Source: Utricularia gibba
Lineage: Eukaryota > Plantae > Magnoliophyta
NCBI GenBank assembly: GCA_002189035.1
Contig: NEEC01000002.1
Span: 4,712,001-4,776,000, forward strand
Direction of reading: 5' to 3'
Length of the DNA: 64,000 nt
Shown here: positions 61,848 to 64,000 of the stretch, piece after piece
How the letters are laid out: the number at the start of each line of letters is the position of its first letter
How positions within the stretch are numbered: the stretch's first letter is position 1
Notes under the pieces: model-generated
What the model was told of the DNA's origin: nothing
What the model saw: the letters and a program-made list of their open reading frames with translations, nothing else
The model's database searches: none
Position numbers and translations under genes: made by a program

Positions 61848-63600
61848 TGTTGATACATAAATTCATTAATTATTTAATTATGTATTGTTAATTTTTTGTT
61901 TTTGAAATCAATGAATTAAAATTATAACATATGTTCATAATATTGTAATACCATAGTATATATTGAACTTGATAATAATTATTCAAACATAATGTTTTAT
62001 TTTGATTATTTTAATCTATATAATTAAATAACTATAGTATTTAATTTTTATTTGATTAATTATACTATATATATTTTATTATTTATGCCAATTGCTTTTG
62101 AACACAATAAATTGCCAATAAACTATATATTTAAAGTAAATTATCAATAAAAATGAATACTTAAGGTAAATTGCTAAGAAAATGTAAACAATGGTGAATG
62201 GTCAAAATAAATGAATATTGAAGGTAAATTGTTAGTAAAAATGTAAACAAGGATAAAATATAATGAGTGTTCTGGAAAATTTTTAAAATCTATTTTTATT
62301 TTTTAGAAGTAAAAATAATTTTGTTCTAGAACACTATTAAATGAAAATATAATTCTATCAAAAACATTTTTAAAATAATAATTACAAAAGTTATTTTTGG
62401 AAAAATAAGAAATTTGCTATTTTTACTTTTTACTTCTACTTTTCAAAATTATTTTTAAAAAATAAAAACAATTTTCAAAAATTTTTCAAAATACTGTTAT
62501 AAAGAAATAGAGGTAAATTATCAATAAATAATGATAAAAAAAAGTAAATAATAAATGCATTAAAGAGGAAAAGGTATATGAGTAATAAAATTAATATGAC
62601 AAGGTCCGGGAAATGGGGTAAATACCCTACTTTTAAAATTTGATTTGTATTTTACTCTATTTTACCTTTTCTTTAGTAATTACCTTGTGTTGTTTGGTTT
62701 GTATTTTACTCCATTATTGTAGTAAAATTTTAATTAAAATGCAAAATACATAAATTCTTTTATATCATATTTTGTTTTTAATTATGCATTCCTTTACCTA
62801 AAATTTTCAAAATGTAATTTATTCATATAGAATCAGTATTTTATAATGCATATATTATACATTTGTATTGTTTTAATTTACATTTTTTGATAAATAATTT
62901 ATTTTGAAAAAGTATTGAAATCTATTTTTACTTTTTGATAAATAAAATAGTTTTTATTATAAAATAAATTTTTTTATTATTTTATTTATATCAAAATTAT
63001 TTCTGATTTTATAATGATCAAATGTTAAAAGTAAAATTAAATTATTCATAATTTTTAACTTTTATTTCTATTTAAATATATTTTATTGAATTAATAGTTA
63101 TCTTTTTCTCAAAATAAAAAGTATGTTTAATGTTAATGTAAACAAAATACAGATTTGAAATAATATATTCATTTATCTTATATAATAATTTTGTTATAAG
63201 TAACATATATTAATAATATGTTTTTTATATAATCAGATTTTGTAAATAAAAATATTCAATCTGATAATATTTTCAATATTTAGTCATAAAATTTATTTCA
63301 TTTTTTATTATTTGTATAAACTATGATTAAAAGCTTATGTATATAAAAAAAATTTCAAAACAATACATCATATTTTATTATTCTTATAATTAGATTTTGA
63401 ATTCTTTAAAAAGGAATGTTGATAAACTATTTGGTAAGATTAAGAATGAAAAAAATCTAAAGATTCAATTTAATTTTTAATAGAGTAAATTATAAAAACA
63501 TTTAATTTAGTCAGTTACATTACAAAGAAATTTTATTAGGAACTAAAACACCAATTCAATATCTCTTGTAAAAGCTAAACGAAGCCGTTATTGTACAAAA

Positions 63601-63872
63601 TGAGCCCAACATCCGAGGAGGGACCGTTTTCCCAGGCCTCACGGAATTAATTCGTACTTTCCGGCAACCGAGGTTCAATCAAATGCGCTGTGGTTCACCG
63701 AGCGCAGCTGGGTGTCAGATTTTGAATTTCCTCTTCGTTGGTTGGGTCGAAACATGTCCACCACCCTTCCAGGAAACGTCGGGGCCCATGCGCACCCCTG
63801 ACATTGCCCAATGGGCTTTAGCATGGGGCCCAGTTTCTCTCCAAGGGTATATATCCGGTCACATTTAGGGTT
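63601..63872 (+). promoter_or_regulatory. Ribosomal-protein-type promoter: site II elements, TATA, telo-box-like motif
   Basis: Site II (TGGGCY or rc) at 63603, 63783, 63812 and 63827; TATATA 63848-63853; TTAGGGTT 63865-63872. Directly upstream of the RPL35a ATG. Confidence 0.75.
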
Positions 63873-63876
63873 GTAG

Positions 63877-63993
<117 letters not shown>

Positions 63994-64000
63994 TAAAACT

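Noticed and set aside
62150-63560. Extremely AT-rich tract with a 58-bp near-duplication (62152/62210) and loose palindromes
   Set aside because: Low-complexity sequence; no convincing TIR/TSD pair.

Overview
AT-rich eudicot nuclear DNA with no prokaryotic, CRISPR, rRNA or tRNA genes detected. A compact island at about 10.2-15.3 kb holds three intact intron-containing genes: an inositol phosphorylceramide synthase (IPCS, +), TIM10 (-) and a RING-CH/RINGv E3 ligase (-). The first coding exon of 60S ribosomal protein L35a (eL33) starts at 63919, at the right edge. Almost everything else is nested, decayed transposon sequence. It includes at least six solo LTRs of one Athila-type family ('A', 1.1-1.4 kb, 5-bp TSDs still readable), three LTRs of a second family ('B'), four Athila 5' ends with tRNA-Asp PBS and truncated gag, and one complete but degenerate CRM-like Ty3/gypsy element with an apparent tRNA-Asn PBS. 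There are also chromovirus, copia, hAT, MuDR and LINE remnants. The best leads are a weak GC-AG first intron in TIM10, a fold-back LTR pair at 133-1105, the Asn-primed CRM-like element, a TSD-less LTR that fuses two unrelated truncated elements, and an unidentified Cys-containing coding motif repeated three times at 55.7-59.1 kb. I found no convincing novel system. Family names A, B, D and E are my own labels, and all alignments and identity estimates were done by eye.
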